Shown one piece after another: positions 17,060 through 26,037 of a stretch of DNA of 64,000 bases; within the stretch, counting starts at the first letter, position 1; each line of letters begins with the position of its first letter. Source of the stretch: Bacilli bacterium (GTDB lineage: Bacteria > Bacillota_I > Bacilli_A > RFN20 > DUOF01); NCBI GenBank assembly GCA_045118975.1, contig JBGVCT010000003.1:17780-81779 (forward strand), read 5' to 3'. The notes beneath the pieces are model-generated. The model made no database searches, was not told the origin of the DNA, and saw nothing but the letters and a program-made list of their open reading frames with translations. The position numbers were made by a program, and so were the translations under genes.

Positions 17060-18888
17060 TAATTATTATATGAATTTGCCTCTCTTATTCTTTGTTTCTT
17101 TCTCTCTGTTTCATTTAAAATTTTCTTTCTCATTCTAAATGTTGATGGAGTGATTTCTACAAGTTCATCTTCATTTATATAATCTAAACAAGATTCAAGA
17201 GAGAATCTTCTTGGTTTCTTTAATACAACAGTTGTATCCTTATTACTACTTCTCATGTTAGTCAAATTCTTTGCCTTAGCAACATTAACAGCCAAGTCGT
17301 TTTCATAAGCATTTTCACCAACTAGCATACCCTCATACACTTCAATACCTGGTTCAACAAACATAATTCCTCTGTCTTCAACTTGTCCAATACCATAAGC
17401 AGTAGCTTTTCCAGCGTTAGCAGCAACTAATACACCATTTTTTCTTTCTCCAACATTAACATTCTCTCTAGGTCTATACTCTTTATAAGTATGGTTTATA
17501 ATTCCATATCCTTTAGTTAAAGTCATAAAATCTGTAGAGAATCCAATTAATCCCCTTGAAGGAATTACATAGTTAACCCTAGTTTGACCATTATTACTAA
17601 TCATGTTTTCCATAATAGCACCTCTAGTACCTAAAGCTTCTATTACTCCACCAATTGACTCATCTGGGCATTCTATTTGTAAATCTTCATATGGTTCACA
17701 AATTACTCCATCGATTTCTTTTGAGATTACTTGAGGTTTTGATACTTGTAATTCGAAGTCTTCTCTTCTCATGTTCTCAATTAAAATAGATAAATGAAGT
17801 TCTCCTCTTCCTTTAACTAGCCATGATTCGCTATTTGGAATTCTAGTAAATCTTAAACTTACATCTCTTTGTGCTTCCTTTGCCAATCTCTCTTCAATTT
17901 TTCTAGCAGTAACATTCTTTCCTTCTAATCCAGCAAATGGCGAATTATTAGTAGAGAAAGTCATCTCAAGAGTTGGTTCATCAATTCTAAGTGGAGGAAG
18001 AGCTTCTAAACAACCTGTTTCGCAAACAGTTTCTCCAACACCAATATCCTCTAATCCAGCAATAGCACAAATATCTCCAGCACTTACGCTTTCAACTTCC
18101 ACTCTTTTAAGACCACTGAAACCATATAACTTTTGAATTCTAAATTGCTTGTTAGTACCATCAAGTCTCATGCAAGTAACAGTTTGGTTAACCTTAATAA
18201 CACCTCTAGCAACTCTACCAACACCAATTCTTCCAACATAATCATTATAGTCTAATAAAGCAGGTTGGAATTGTAATGGTGAAGAACTATCCATGCTTGG
18301 AGCAGGAACATATTTAATAATTGTTTCATATATTGGGTCCATAGTTTCGCTTTGAGTAGATATATCTTCTTCATAGCTACTTGTTCCCTTAAGACCACTA
18401 GCAAAAACTATAGGGAAATCTATTTGCTCATCTGTAGCATCTAAATCCATAAATAACTCATATACTTCATCGATTACTTCATGAATTCTAGTATTAGGTC
18501 TATCCACCTTATTGATTACTACTATTGGTTTAACATTAGCCTCTAACGCTTTCTTTAAAACAAATCTAGTTTGTGGCATTGTTCCTTCATAAGCATCAAC
18601 AACAAGAAGAACACCATCAACCATTTTCATAATTCTCTCTACTTCTCCACCAAAATCAGCGTGTCCTGGAGTATCAAGAATGTTAATCTTGTAATCCTTA
18701 TATGTTATAGCAGTTGGCTTAGCTAAAATTGTTATTCCTCTTTCTCTTTCAATATCATTACTATCCATTGCTCTTTCTTCTACAACTTCATTAGTTCTAA
18801 ATGTTCCAGATTGTTTAAGAAGTTGGTCTACTAATGTTGTCTTACCATGGTCAACGTGAGCAATGATAGCTATATTTCTTATCTCCAT
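17059..18888 (-). CDS. typA: translational GTPase TypA/BipA
   Basis: It starts [19 protein letters not shown], has DTPGHADF and NKVD, and is 609 aa long. Confidence 0.97.
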   Translation of the reverse strand: MEIRNIAIIAHVDHGKTTLVDQLLKQSGTFRTNEVVEERAMDSNDIERERGITILAKPTAITYKDYKINILDTPGHADFGGEVERIMKMVDGVLLVVDAYEGTMPQTRFVLKKALEANVKPIVVINKVDRPNTRIHEVIDEVYELFMDLDATDEQIDFPIVFASGLKGTSSYEEDISTQSETMDPIYETIIKYVPAPSMDSSSPLQFQPALLDYNDYVGRIGVGRVARGVIKVNQTVTCMRLDGTNKQFRIQKLYGFSGLKRVEVESVSAGDICAIAGLEDIGVGETVCETGCLEALPPLRIDEPTLEMTFSTNNSPFAGLEGKNVTARKIEERLAKEAQRDVSLRFTRIPNSESWLVKGRGELHLSILIENMRREDFELQVSKPQVISKEIDGVICEPYEDLQIECPDESIGGVIEALGTRGAIMENMISNNGQTRVNYVIPSRGLIGFSTDFMTLTKGYGIINHTYKEYRPRENVNVGERKNGVLVAANAGKATAYGIGQVEDRGIMFVEPGIEVYEGMLVGENAYENDLAVNVAKAKNLTNMRSSNKDTTVVLKKPRRFSLESCLDYINEDELVEITPSTFRMRKKILNETERKKQRIREANSYNN

Positions 18889-18925
18889 ATTTACACCTTC
18901 AATCCTAATTAAAAATAACTAACAT

Positions 18926-18954
18926 ATTATACTCATTTTAATATGCTATTACAA
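18926..18954 (-). promoter_or_regulatory. sigma-A-type promoter of typA
   Basis: On the minus strand, TTGTAA is followed by 17 nt and then TATAAT. The -35 lies within the 8-bp inverted repeat ATTACAAA/TTTGTAAT (18948-18967). Confidence 0.4.
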
Positions 18955-18974
18955 ATACTTTTGTAATCTTTGAA

Positions 18975-18998
18975 AAGAAAAAGGAAATTAATTTCCCT
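18975..18998 (-). terminator. weak rho-independent terminator after the VirB4-like gene
   Basis: The palindrome GGAAATTAATTTCC spans the stop codon and is followed by TTTTTCTTTT on the minus strand. The stem is AT-rich. Confidence 0.4.
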
Positions 18999-21591
18999 TA
19001 TTCTTCTTAAAGTTTTGGTCATCTGTAGATTTTTTAAATGCTCTTTCTTCTTTTTCGCTAACCAAAATCTTATGCATAGTAATTCTTTGTCCTGGTGCAA
19101 CAACAAATAAACATTGTCCAATACCTGCGTTAGCGATAAAGTCTTTTTCTTGATCTGAGAATCCACCAACAGATGCATACAAGTCAATAAGTGACTGCAA
19201 GTCAGCAGGGTTAAGACCGAATATAAATGAGTATTGACAACCATTTATAATCGCCGTTGTATATTTTTTAATATTAACCGCACCAACAAAGTCGTTTACG
19301 TTTTGTGTGATAACAACGAAGATACCATTGTATTTTCTAATACGCTTAATCATGTTGTGCATGAATAGCAATGCAGCAGGGCTCTTTTCATCAATGAATA
19401 CGTGTGCCTCATCTACTACGATAGCAATGTGTCTATTATCACCTTTTGCCAAGTTGTGTTCTCTGTTTTTGCTTACTTCATTTTCTAAGAATCTAAGTAC
19501 AAGCATCATTTGAGCGTTCATTACTTGGTCATTTTTAGAGTTTGTCATTTTTCTAAAGTCAAACAGGATTAAATCACTGTTCTTTGTATCAATTGTAGTA
19601 GGTCCATTCCATAAGTTAGATAGCGAACCTTCTCCACACAATCTATCCATATAAACTTCTAGGTTTCTTAAATCATTTAATTCACTACCAACCTCTACAG
19701 CTCTATTACTATCTTTAACAATAATATCGCTAAGTTCAGCAATTCTTTGTTTAATAATGTTCATGATATCATCCATTACAGGGAAATCAGTAGCCTTATA
19801 TTTTACAAAGTCTTCATATTTAGAAATTCCTTTTTCTTCATATGCTTGGCTAAACATTTTAGAAAGTCTTGAAACCTCTCTGTTTGTCATATCAGGAATT
19901 AAGTTTTGCATAAATTGTTCTAAGAATTGAATGTGGCTAGAGAAAATAGATCTATAACCATCTCTCATTTCTTCTTTTGTTAACACCTTATCTCCCGCTT
20001 CTTCTTGCATTACACCAAAGATATGGAAAGGGTTAATTCTAGAGTTATTACCACTACCAACGTCGATGATTTGACCACCAAGTCTTTGAGTCATGATATC
20101 ATATTCTCCTTCAGGGTCAACAATGAATGTTTTAACACCCTCAAGAATCATCTTAAGTAACATTTTCTTTGTAAAGTGAGACTTACCACTACCAGACTTA
20201 CCAATAATCATCATGTTAGAGTTAGTTCTAGAAGGACTTCTTGTTTTAGGGTCAAAGAAAATCAAACTTGATTCATTATAACCCAATAAGAATCCATCTC
20301 TATCTTTAAGATCTTGGAACATAAATGGGAAAGATGCACCTAAAGTTGATGAAGGGATATCTCTACCATTAGTTAAAATAAGATCATCTCTTGGAGATGG
20401 TAACATAGATATAAGACCAGTCATTTGTCTCATAAGTAGCTTATCTACTTTAAATCTATGTTGTTTAAATTGGTTAAGCACTTTTCTATTTGTTGTTCTT
20501 AATTCTTTTTCATTCTCAGCATATGTCATTACATAAATACCGATTAATTTTAAGTATTCATTACCTCTTTCAATATCTCTTAAAACTTCAACGAAAGAAT
20601 CTAATTGAGCTCTTTTAGCCATGTTTTCAGACATCTTTCCTCTTTCAAGAATTTGAGTGTTAATTTCTCTTATCGCCTTATCCATTAAAGCTTTGGCAGT
20701 AGATTGTTCTACATTTCTAATATTCATAACACATGTTGTATTTGGCATACCAACAAGAGGAGTTAACCAAGCTCCAGTTACTTCTCCTGGATAATCATAT
20801 GTTGAGAAAATAGATTCATGCACAGTATCTGTTTTAATCTTTGTTGCAAAGAACTCAATATTCTCTGGCATAATCTCTTTTTTATAATCAACCTCAGGAT
20901 GGCTAAAGAATGACTCTTTTCTTCTTCCTGTTGGATTATAGAAATAATAATACATAGTTTTAATTTCTGCATCATTACAAACTTTTGGTTCAAGTTTAGT
21001 AATAGCAAGTTTTTCGTAAGCATCATCTGTAGCACCTAAAACAGTCTCTTTGCTACCATGATATAAGATGATATAGAAAGACTTAATCATAACCGGATAA
21101 TCAGTGTTGTAAGCATTGATTAAATCATATTCATATTGAATTTGATTTTTTCTTTGTTTATATCCATCCTCTGACATTTCCTTGTCTGCAAATTTTTTAT
21201 CAAGTAGCCCAAACATACCTACTTGTTTATCTACAGAAGTAGTCAAATCTAACTTTCTTTCTAATTTTAAAATTGTACAATCCGTACTTACGCTATTAAA
21301 TACACTAGCAAGTTGTCTCATTTTAGACATTTGCTCTTCATGAGAAAGGTATGAAATGTTTAAAGAACCAACCTTAATAACTTTACCATACTTACCGTTT
21401 GTAAATGTAATAAGTCCATTTTCAATACTACGAATAGGAAGGAAATCTAAAATATCTCCACCTTTTCTTGCTGCGTTTTTAGCAGCTTGTTCTTTTCTTA
21501 GTTTTTCTTGTCTTTCAGCTTCTTTTTTCTTAGCGTCCTCTGCTTTCTTTATGCTAGGATCTGCTTTTTCTATAACCTTACTTCTTGCCAT
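18988..21591 (-). CDS. VirB4/PrgJ/TrsE-family type IV secretion ATPase
   Basis: The 867 aa product has the Gram-positive VirB4 N-domain (DFLPIRSIENGLITFTNGKYGKVIKVGSLNISYLSHEEQ), Walker A IIGKSGSGKS (20179-20202), Walker B HIAIVVDEAH, and VVITQNVNDF. Confidence 0.9.
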   Translation of the reverse strand: MARSKVIEKADPSIKKAEDAKKKEAERQEKLRKEQAAKNAARKGGDILDFLPIRSIENGLITFTNGKYGKVIKVGSLNISYLSHEEQMSKMRQLASVFNSVSTDCTILKLERKLDLTTSVDKQVGMFGLLDKKFADKEMSEDGYKQRKNQIQYEYDLINAYNTDYPVMIKSFYIILYHGSKETVLGATDDAYEKLAITKLEPKVCNDAEIKTMYYYFYNPTGRRKESFFSHPEVDYKKEIMPENIEFFATKIKTDTVHESIFSTYDYPGEVTGAWLTPLVGMPNTTCVMNIRNVEQSTAKALMDKAIREINTQILERGKMSENMAKRAQLDSFVEVLRDIERGNEYLKLIGIYVMTYAENEKELRTTNRKVLNQFKQHRFKVDKLLMRQMTGLISMLPSPRDDLILTNGRDIPSSTLGASFPFMFQDLKDRDGFLLGYNESSLIFFDPKTRSPSRTNSNMMIIGKSGSGKSHFTKKMLLKMILEGVKTFIVDPEGEYDIMTQRLGGQIIDVGSGNNSRINPFHIFGVMQEEAGDKVLTKEEMRDGYRSIFSSHIQFLEQFMQNLIPDMTNREVSRLSKMFSQAYEEKGISKYEDFVKYKATDFPVMDDIMNIIKQRIAELSDIIVKDSNRAVEVGSELNDLRNLEVYMDRLCGEGSLSNLWNGPTTIDTKNSDLILFDFRKMTNSKNDQVMNAQMMLVLRFLENEVSKNREHNLAKGDNRHIAIVVDEAHVFIDEKSPAALLFMHNMIKRIRKYNGIFVVITQNVNDFVGAVNIKKYTTAIINGCQYSFIFGLNPADLQSLIDLYASVGGFSDQEKDFIANAGIGQCLFVVAPGQRITMHKILVSEKEERAFKKSTDDQNFKKNKGN

Positions 21592-21886
21592 TTTTTACTA
21601 CACCACTTCTCTTTTTATAATATTTTTCTTGAGAAAAGAAATCAAAGATAACACCAAATGATTGATATCCTTTCTTGTTAGTGATAAATGATGGTGAAAC
21701 CATCACTAAAGCAGCAAGACCCATAAAAACAATTATAACAATTTTAACACCTAGGTTCCATTGTGTGTTAAATACTAGTAAAGCAAGAACAACAGTTGCA
21801 GCTAGGATTCCAGCCTCTGGCAATCCTAATCCTTTAAAAAGTTGTAATTTTACATTTCTAGCAGATTTTGGTATCAAGTATCCCAT
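21578..21886 (-). CDS. PrgI/VirB3-like small T4SS membrane protein
   Basis: The 102 aa product starts IPKSARNVKLQLFKGLGLPEAG and then has two TM helices. It overlaps the virB4 start by 14 nt. The position and architecture match PrgI/ORF17-type proteins. Confidence 0.6.
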   Translation of the reverse strand: MGYLIPKSARNVKLQLFKGLGLPEAGILAATVVLALLVFNTQWNLGVKIVIIVFMGLAALVMVSPSFITNKKGYQSFGVIFDFFSQEKYYKKRSGVVKNGKK

Positions 21887-21892
21887 AATTCA

Positions 21893-23833
21893 TTATTCCC
21901 CTTTCTTTTGATTCTCGTAGAAGTGAGCAGCCTTATTACTTGCGCTCATCAATCTCTCTCTTTGCTTATCCGCTTGTTCTTTTAATTTAAGAGCTTCTGA
22001 AGTAGACATTCTTTCTCCATTCATTTTTTGAAGTTTAGATGCTGTCTTTGCATAATCTAGTTGAGCTTTTCTATATGAATTAGAAATATTTTTAAGTTCT
22101 TCTTTTGTTTGTTTAGAAATCTCACTAGTCATTGTAGTTGTTGCTCTTTGTTCAAACTTCCTATAGTTATCAGCTAATATATCAGCTTCTTTTTTATAAG
22201 CAGCGGCATAGTCATTAAATGATTTATTCATTTGTGCACTATCATTACTGTTTATTGCAGCAGTGAAGTTATTGCTTGCACTCTTATAATCATTAATCAT
22301 GTTATTTGCAACTTTAGTAGCAGCCTTATCCATCATCTTCCATTCATTAGTAGAAGAAACATTTACATCAGGTTTTACAGATGAGTTTATATAAACAACT
22401 CCTGGACTAACTTTCTCTCCACTATAGTTGCCTTTAGCAACCCCATCTTTAACTGTTCTATTGTTAATTGTGTTAGTTGAATTAAACTTATTTGTTATAG
22501 TTACATTTTGAGTAACATGATTTGTTGTCTTATTAGCAGAATCTTTTCCACCAATATTTCCTCCACCAGAGAATGAACTTTGTCCAAGTCCTCCAGGTTG
22601 TTGAGATTCAATAAATACAGTTTCTCTTTTTGTAGTAGTTGTATTTCTAGTAACTGTTCTTGTTCTAGTTGTTGGTTGACTAGGTTTAGAAGATATTCTT
22701 GATAGTACGTTTTCAAGTAAAGCATCAGTTTTAGTTTCTTTACCTTTAAGAATATCTGCAAGCATTTTAGCACTACTTCTTGTTACACTTGCCGCAGTCA
22801 TTATGATTAATGTTCTACCAACACCATTTAATAATGAGAATGTTGAAGTTACAACCTCTTCTTCAGGAGTAGCACCAGGTTCTGGTTCAAATATGTCACC
22901 AAGCCCTGTATCTTCCTCTACTGATGGCTCTGTAGCTGCAAGTGAATCTAAATTTATATTATTTATCACATTAACCAATGCAACAAATATCATAAACGTA
23001 CCCATTTGAGTTAAGAATAATACAAATTCATAAATCAATTTACCTTGCCATTCTTTAAAACTCTTACCATCATCTAATACCATCTTTGAGATTGCCATTG
23101 GAGAAGCCACATATAATATTACAATGTTGAATAATCTTTTAACCATTTCAAACACAATAACACCCAGGTTGTACAAAACAAATGCTCCACCAAGCAATGA
23201 TATATACCAATGGTAAGCTAATGGAGTTGTTTCTACTCCTGGATCAACTGGAGCTGGATACATTAAGTCGTATAGGAATCCATTACCCAACTCTCTAAAT
23301 GAAGTATAACTAGTTCCAAATGTTTCATTGTATACCTCTATCAAGTTTCCTGAGTTGTTAAATATTGCATCCGCTATACTTATAGATGTGTTATTTCCAA
23401 ACCCGGCAATCCAAACCGCAAGATTACTTACCGCAGAAATTGCAAATAATACAATCGGTCCCATAACAGCGATGAGCAAGAAGGCAAGAGCCATATTTTT
23501 AAGCATTGGGGCCAAACTCCTGTGCTCCTCTTTTGTCATAGTCCTAAGTATTGTAACGAGACTAAATATTAAAATTAGTCCCAAGGCAAAAATTAGTAAT
23601 ATCGCGTAAGCAGTAGTTATTACATTTTGTCCAAGTATTTGATCAATTATACTGGCCTTTTCTACAACGCCATTATTAATATTGATACCAGCCACTTTAT
23701 AAAACAATTTGGTAATCTCATCAACAAGAGATAAAACTGAATAAGTCAGTTTCCAAACTATTTCATACAAAACATATAAGATACCCCTCGCGGCATTTTC
23801 ATAACCTTTACCTGCTAAAGATAAAAAATTCAT
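21893..23833 (-). CDS. VirB6/PrgH-like polytopic membrane protein with a long C-terminal tail
   Basis: At least 6 TM helices fill the first ~380 aa, followed by a T/N/S/G-rich and coiled-coil tail. The ATG at 23833 follows GGTGAT. The track TTG at 23902 is the -35 box of the operon promoter. Confidence 0.55.
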   Translation of the reverse strand: MNFLSLAGKGYENAARGILYVLYEIVWKLTYSVLSLVDEITKLFYKVAGININNGVVEKASIIDQILGQNVITTAYAILLIFALGLILIFSLVTILRTMTKEEHRSLAPMLKNMALAFLLIAVMGPIVLFAISAVSNLAVWIAGFGNNTSISIADAIFNNSGNLIEVYNETFGTSYTSFRELGNGFLYDLMYPAPVDPGVETTPLAYHWYISLLGGAFVLYNLGVIVFEMVKRLFNIVILYVASPMAISKMVLDDGKSFKEWQGKLIYEFVLFLTQMGTFMIFVALVNVINNINLDSLAATEPSVEEDTGLGDIFEPEPGATPEEEVVTSTFSLLNGVGRTLIIMTAASVTRSSAKMLADILKGKETKTDALLENVLSRISSKPSQPTTRTRTVTRNTTTTKRETVFIESQQPGGLGQSSFSGGGNIGGKDSANKTTNHVTQNVTITNKFNSTNTINNRTVKDGVAKGNYSGEKVSPGVVYINSSVKPDVNVSSTNEWKMMDKAATKVANNMINDYKSASNNFTAAINSNDSAQMNKSFNDYAAAYKKEADILADNYRKFEQRATTTMTSEISKQTKEELKNISNSYRKAQLDYAKTASKLQKMNGERMSTSEALKLKEQADKQRERLMSASNKAAHFYENQKKGE

Positions 23834-23872
23834 TAAAATCACCACGTATTTCCGGTCACTAGACCTACATAA

Positions 23873-23902
23873 ATTATAACCTAGTATTTTTTGTTTTTTC
23901 AA
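23873..23902 (-). promoter_or_regulatory. sigma-A-type promoter of the T4SS-like triad
   Basis: On the minus strand, TTGAAA is followed by 18 nt and then TATAAT. This leaves a leader of about 40 nt before the ATG at 23833. Confidence 0.45.
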
Positions 23903-23962
23903 TTATTTACCAAGATTAAAAAAAATATGTGTAAATTTTGATTAAAAAATATATTTTTTAAA

Positions 23963-23990
23963 GAAAAAAAGAGTAACTTTCTCGTTACCC
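23963..23990 (-). terminator. rho-independent terminator of spoIVA
   Basis: Hairpin GGGTAAC-gagaaa-GTTACTC with one mismatch, followed by T7. Confidence 0.45.
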
Positions 23991-23991
23991 T

Positions 23992-25467
23992 TTAAAAAAC
24001 CACTGCAATCAGATTGTTTTTACCCTTGTTAGAAATTGTCTTCATTAAATTTTGCAGTTTAACTTTTGTGTTTTCTGGAAGTGTAGTGAGTTTACCACTT
24101 ATTCCACCCTGTAAAACCACACCCATATTTTGCCCAAATATTTGTTTATCAAATATTGCTTTACTATCTTCTTCCATACCTTCACTTAAATATTCCACTA
24201 AAGACTCACTTTGTTCTTTTAAACCAATAAGGGGAGAAAAAGTAGACTCTACATCAACTCTTATTATATGCAGTGTCGGTGCACTCGCTTTTACACTTAC
24301 TCCATATCTATTTCCTTGTTTTATTAATTCCGGCTTTTCAATAGTAATTTTATCCACACCAGGAGTAGCAAATCCATAACCACTAACCATCGCCATCTCT
24401 ACAGCACTAGAAATGTAGGCATATTCTCTTTTAAGCTTTGCATAATCCTGCATAACCCTTAATAATTCACTAGGATCATCTATATCAAAACCCATAATTT
24501 CTTTTAAAATCCCCTCATATAAAGAATCATCTGTCTCTATCTCTATTTCCACAACACCAGCATTCATGTCGACATTATTGATTTTAAATTCCTTTATGTA
24601 TTCATTATCTTTAATAACATCTTTTATTCCTTCAATATCCTTTATCTTTTTAGCATAATTTAGTGCTCCCTCTACACTAGTATCAATAGACTTTCTAAGC
24701 CAATGATCTTTATCCAACACACTGACCCAACTAGGAAGAGAAATCTCAATGTTTGAAACCGGGAATTCATATAAGGCTTCTTTTAAAATTAAATCTATAT
24801 CTTCTTGTTTCATATTTGCAAGATCCAAGGAGATGACTGGAACATTGTATTTACCAGACAAATCACTTGCAACATTACTTGCTTTTTCTCCACTCGGATT
24901 TTTACTATTAACAACGATTACAAACGGCTTATTAATTTTTACTAGTTCATCTATGACTTCTTTTTCTGCTTCTTCATACTTTTCTTTTGGAATATCTAGT
25001 ATAGTACCATCACTTACAACAACCACCCCTATTGTGGAATGATCACTAATAACTTTTTGTGTTCCTATTTTAGCGGCCTCGTTAAATGGTATTGCCTCTT
25101 CAAACCATGGAGTTTTAACCATTCTAACACCATCTTCATCCTTATATCCTTTTGCATCGTCAATTACATATCCAACACAATCTACTAATCTAGTGTTAAT
25201 ATGAATACCCTCAACACTTATATCAACACCCTTATTTGGTACAAACTTAGGCTCCATTGTAGTAATTGTTTTTCCTTCTCCTGAAATAGGAAGTTCATCA
25301 ATCGCCCTTTGCTTCTCATCCTCGTTTTCAATATTAGGAATAATAGCAAGTTCCATAAACTTTTTAACAAAAGTAGACTTACCTGTTCTTACAGGCCCCA
25401 CAACACCTAAATAAACATCACCATTTCCCCTACTAGCCAAACTAGCCAATAATTCATTTCTATTCAT
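23992..25467 (-). CDS. spoIVA: stage IV sporulation protein A (spore coat morphogenetic ATPase)
   Basis: Full-length collinearity with SpoIVA as I recall it. Matching segments include GDVYLGVVGPVRTGKSTFVKKFMEL, TTMEPKFVPN, LYEFPV, LPSWV..HWLRKS and VDVESTFSPLIG. Confidence 0.97.
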   Translation of the reverse strand: MNRNELLASLASRGNGDVYLGVVGPVRTGKSTFVKKFMELAIIPNIENEDEKQRAIDELPISGEGKTITTMEPKFVPNKGVDISVEGIHINTRLVDCVGYVIDDAKGYKDEDGVRMVKTPWFEEAIPFNEAAKIGTQKVISDHSTIGVVVVSDGTILDIPKEKYEEAEKEVIDELVKINKPFVIVVNSKNPSGEKASNVASDLSGKYNVPVISLDLANMKQEDIDLILKEALYEFPVSNIEISLPSWVSVLDKDHWLRKSIDTSVEGALNYAKKIKDIEGIKDVIKDNEYIKEFKINNVDMNAGVVEIEIETDDSLYEGILKEIMGFDIDDPSELLRVMQDYAKLKREYAYISSAVEMAMVSGYGFATPGVDKITIEKPELIKQGNRYGVSVKASAPTLHIIRVDVESTFSPLIGLKEQSESLVEYLSEGMEEDSKAIFDKQIFGQNMGVVLQGGISGKLTTLPENTKVKLQNLMKTISNKGKNNLIAVVF

Positions 25468-25487
25468 AAAATCCCCCTGACTAATAC

Positions 25488-25516
25488 ACTTTATGAATAG
25501 TTACATAAAAATATGC
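25488..25516 (-). promoter_or_regulatory. sigma-E-type promoter of spoIVA
   Basis: On the minus strand, GCATATT is followed by 14 nt and then CATAAAGT. The recalled B. subtilis sigma-E consensus is (G/T)(A/C)ATAnn-14-CATACAhT. The AGGGGGA RBS follows. Confidence 0.5.
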
Positions 25517-25519
25517 AAT

Positions 25520-25542
25520 AAAAAAAGCCGATTCCTCGGCTT
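25520..25542 (-). terminator. rho-independent terminator after the 140-aa gene
   Basis: Hairpin AAGCCGA-ggaa-TCGGCTT followed by T7. Confidence 0.7.
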
Positions 25543-25963
25543 ATCTTCTTTTCGTACTTGTATTTTTTTTGTTTCTCTCTATTTGATCAACAACTTCATT
25601 ATATTGAGGTTCTACTTGATCTAGTAATTTATTAGCGTTTCTTTCAAGCACTGTCAATTGGAATTCACATGCTCTTGTATCTTCTTGAGCATTAGATTCT
25701 CTTGTTCTAGAATTCATTTCTATTCTCTTGTCTAAATCATCAATAGCACATGCAAGAACTAATGTGTGATCAATTTTTTCAATTTGCGCTTTTGTGTAAC
25801 CTTTTCTTTTAGCCACTTCTTCTAACGCTTTTCTATTTGCTTTTAAAACATCGTCATAATGTTTTGATAATGACGCCTCTAATTTATCATAATTCAAAGG
25901 TTCTTTAACTCTTGATTTAGCCCATTGCATTTTTGTGCTTTCTTCTGTTACCTTCTTAGCCAT
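25541..25963 (-). CDS. hypothetical protein (140 aa, helical, charged)
   Basis: The ATG follows the AGGTGAG RBS. I recognise no family. It shares a short KGY...motif region with the next gene (AKRKGYTKAQIEK versus AKQKGYQLKEW). Confidence 0.6.
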   Translation of the reverse strand: MAKKVTEESTKMQWAKSRVKEPLNYDKLEASLSKHYDDVLKANRKALEEVAKRKGYTKAQIEKIDHTLVLACAIDDLDKRIEMNSRTRESNAQEDTRACEFQLTVLERNANKLLDQVEPQYNEVVDQIERNKKNTSTKRR

Positions 25964-25987
25964 ATTAACTCACCTAACCTTAATTAG

Positions 25988-26016
25988 ATTTTACCATTAT
26001 CGATATCATTTATCAA
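25988..26016 (-). promoter_or_regulatory. sigma-A-type promoter of the 140-aa gene
   Basis: On the minus strand, TTGATA is followed by 17 nt and then TAAAAT. The leader TAAAATCTAA..TAGGTGAGT is shared with the promoter at 27916-27944. Confidence 0.4.
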
Positions 26017-26037
26017 ACATTCATTACTTTTTCCACA

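Noticed and set aside
18933-19244. Many antisense or overlapping ORFs in the six-frame track, for example 943-1173, 1197-1415, 7839-8291, 8416-8715, 18933-19244, 22501-22773, 24014-24379, 27039-27296, 28057-28308, 37801-38241, 40605-40955 and 60108-60404.
   Set aside because: Each is embedded opposite, or out of frame within, a gene with strong homology or motif support. Their translations are low-complexity S/L/F/I-rich strings typical of the antisense of AT-rich coding DNA. None has a convincing RBS.
23834-23902. N-terminal extensions implied by track start codons. These are TTG at 23902 for the VirB6-like gene, TTG at 2598, TTG at 4889, TTG at 12715, GTG at 27902, 28370, ATG at 31889, GTG at 32269, TTG at 33160, GTG at 36058, GTG at 40738, GTG at 47709 and 53783.
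   Set aside because: In each case the extension overlaps a promoter box, a terminator hairpin or the SD itself, and an internal ATG, GTG or TTG sits 5-9 nt after a strong SD. For example, the TTG at 23902 is the TTGAAA -35 box and the TTG at 2598 lies inside the secG terminator.
18988-23902. I considered annotating the T4SS-like triad as a mobile element (ICE or conjugative transposon).
   Set aside because: The window contains no integrase, recombinase, relaxase, coupling protein, excisionase, flanking direct repeats or tRNA target. The flanks are core genes with their own signals. I therefore report it as CDSs plus a finding, not as a mobile_element.
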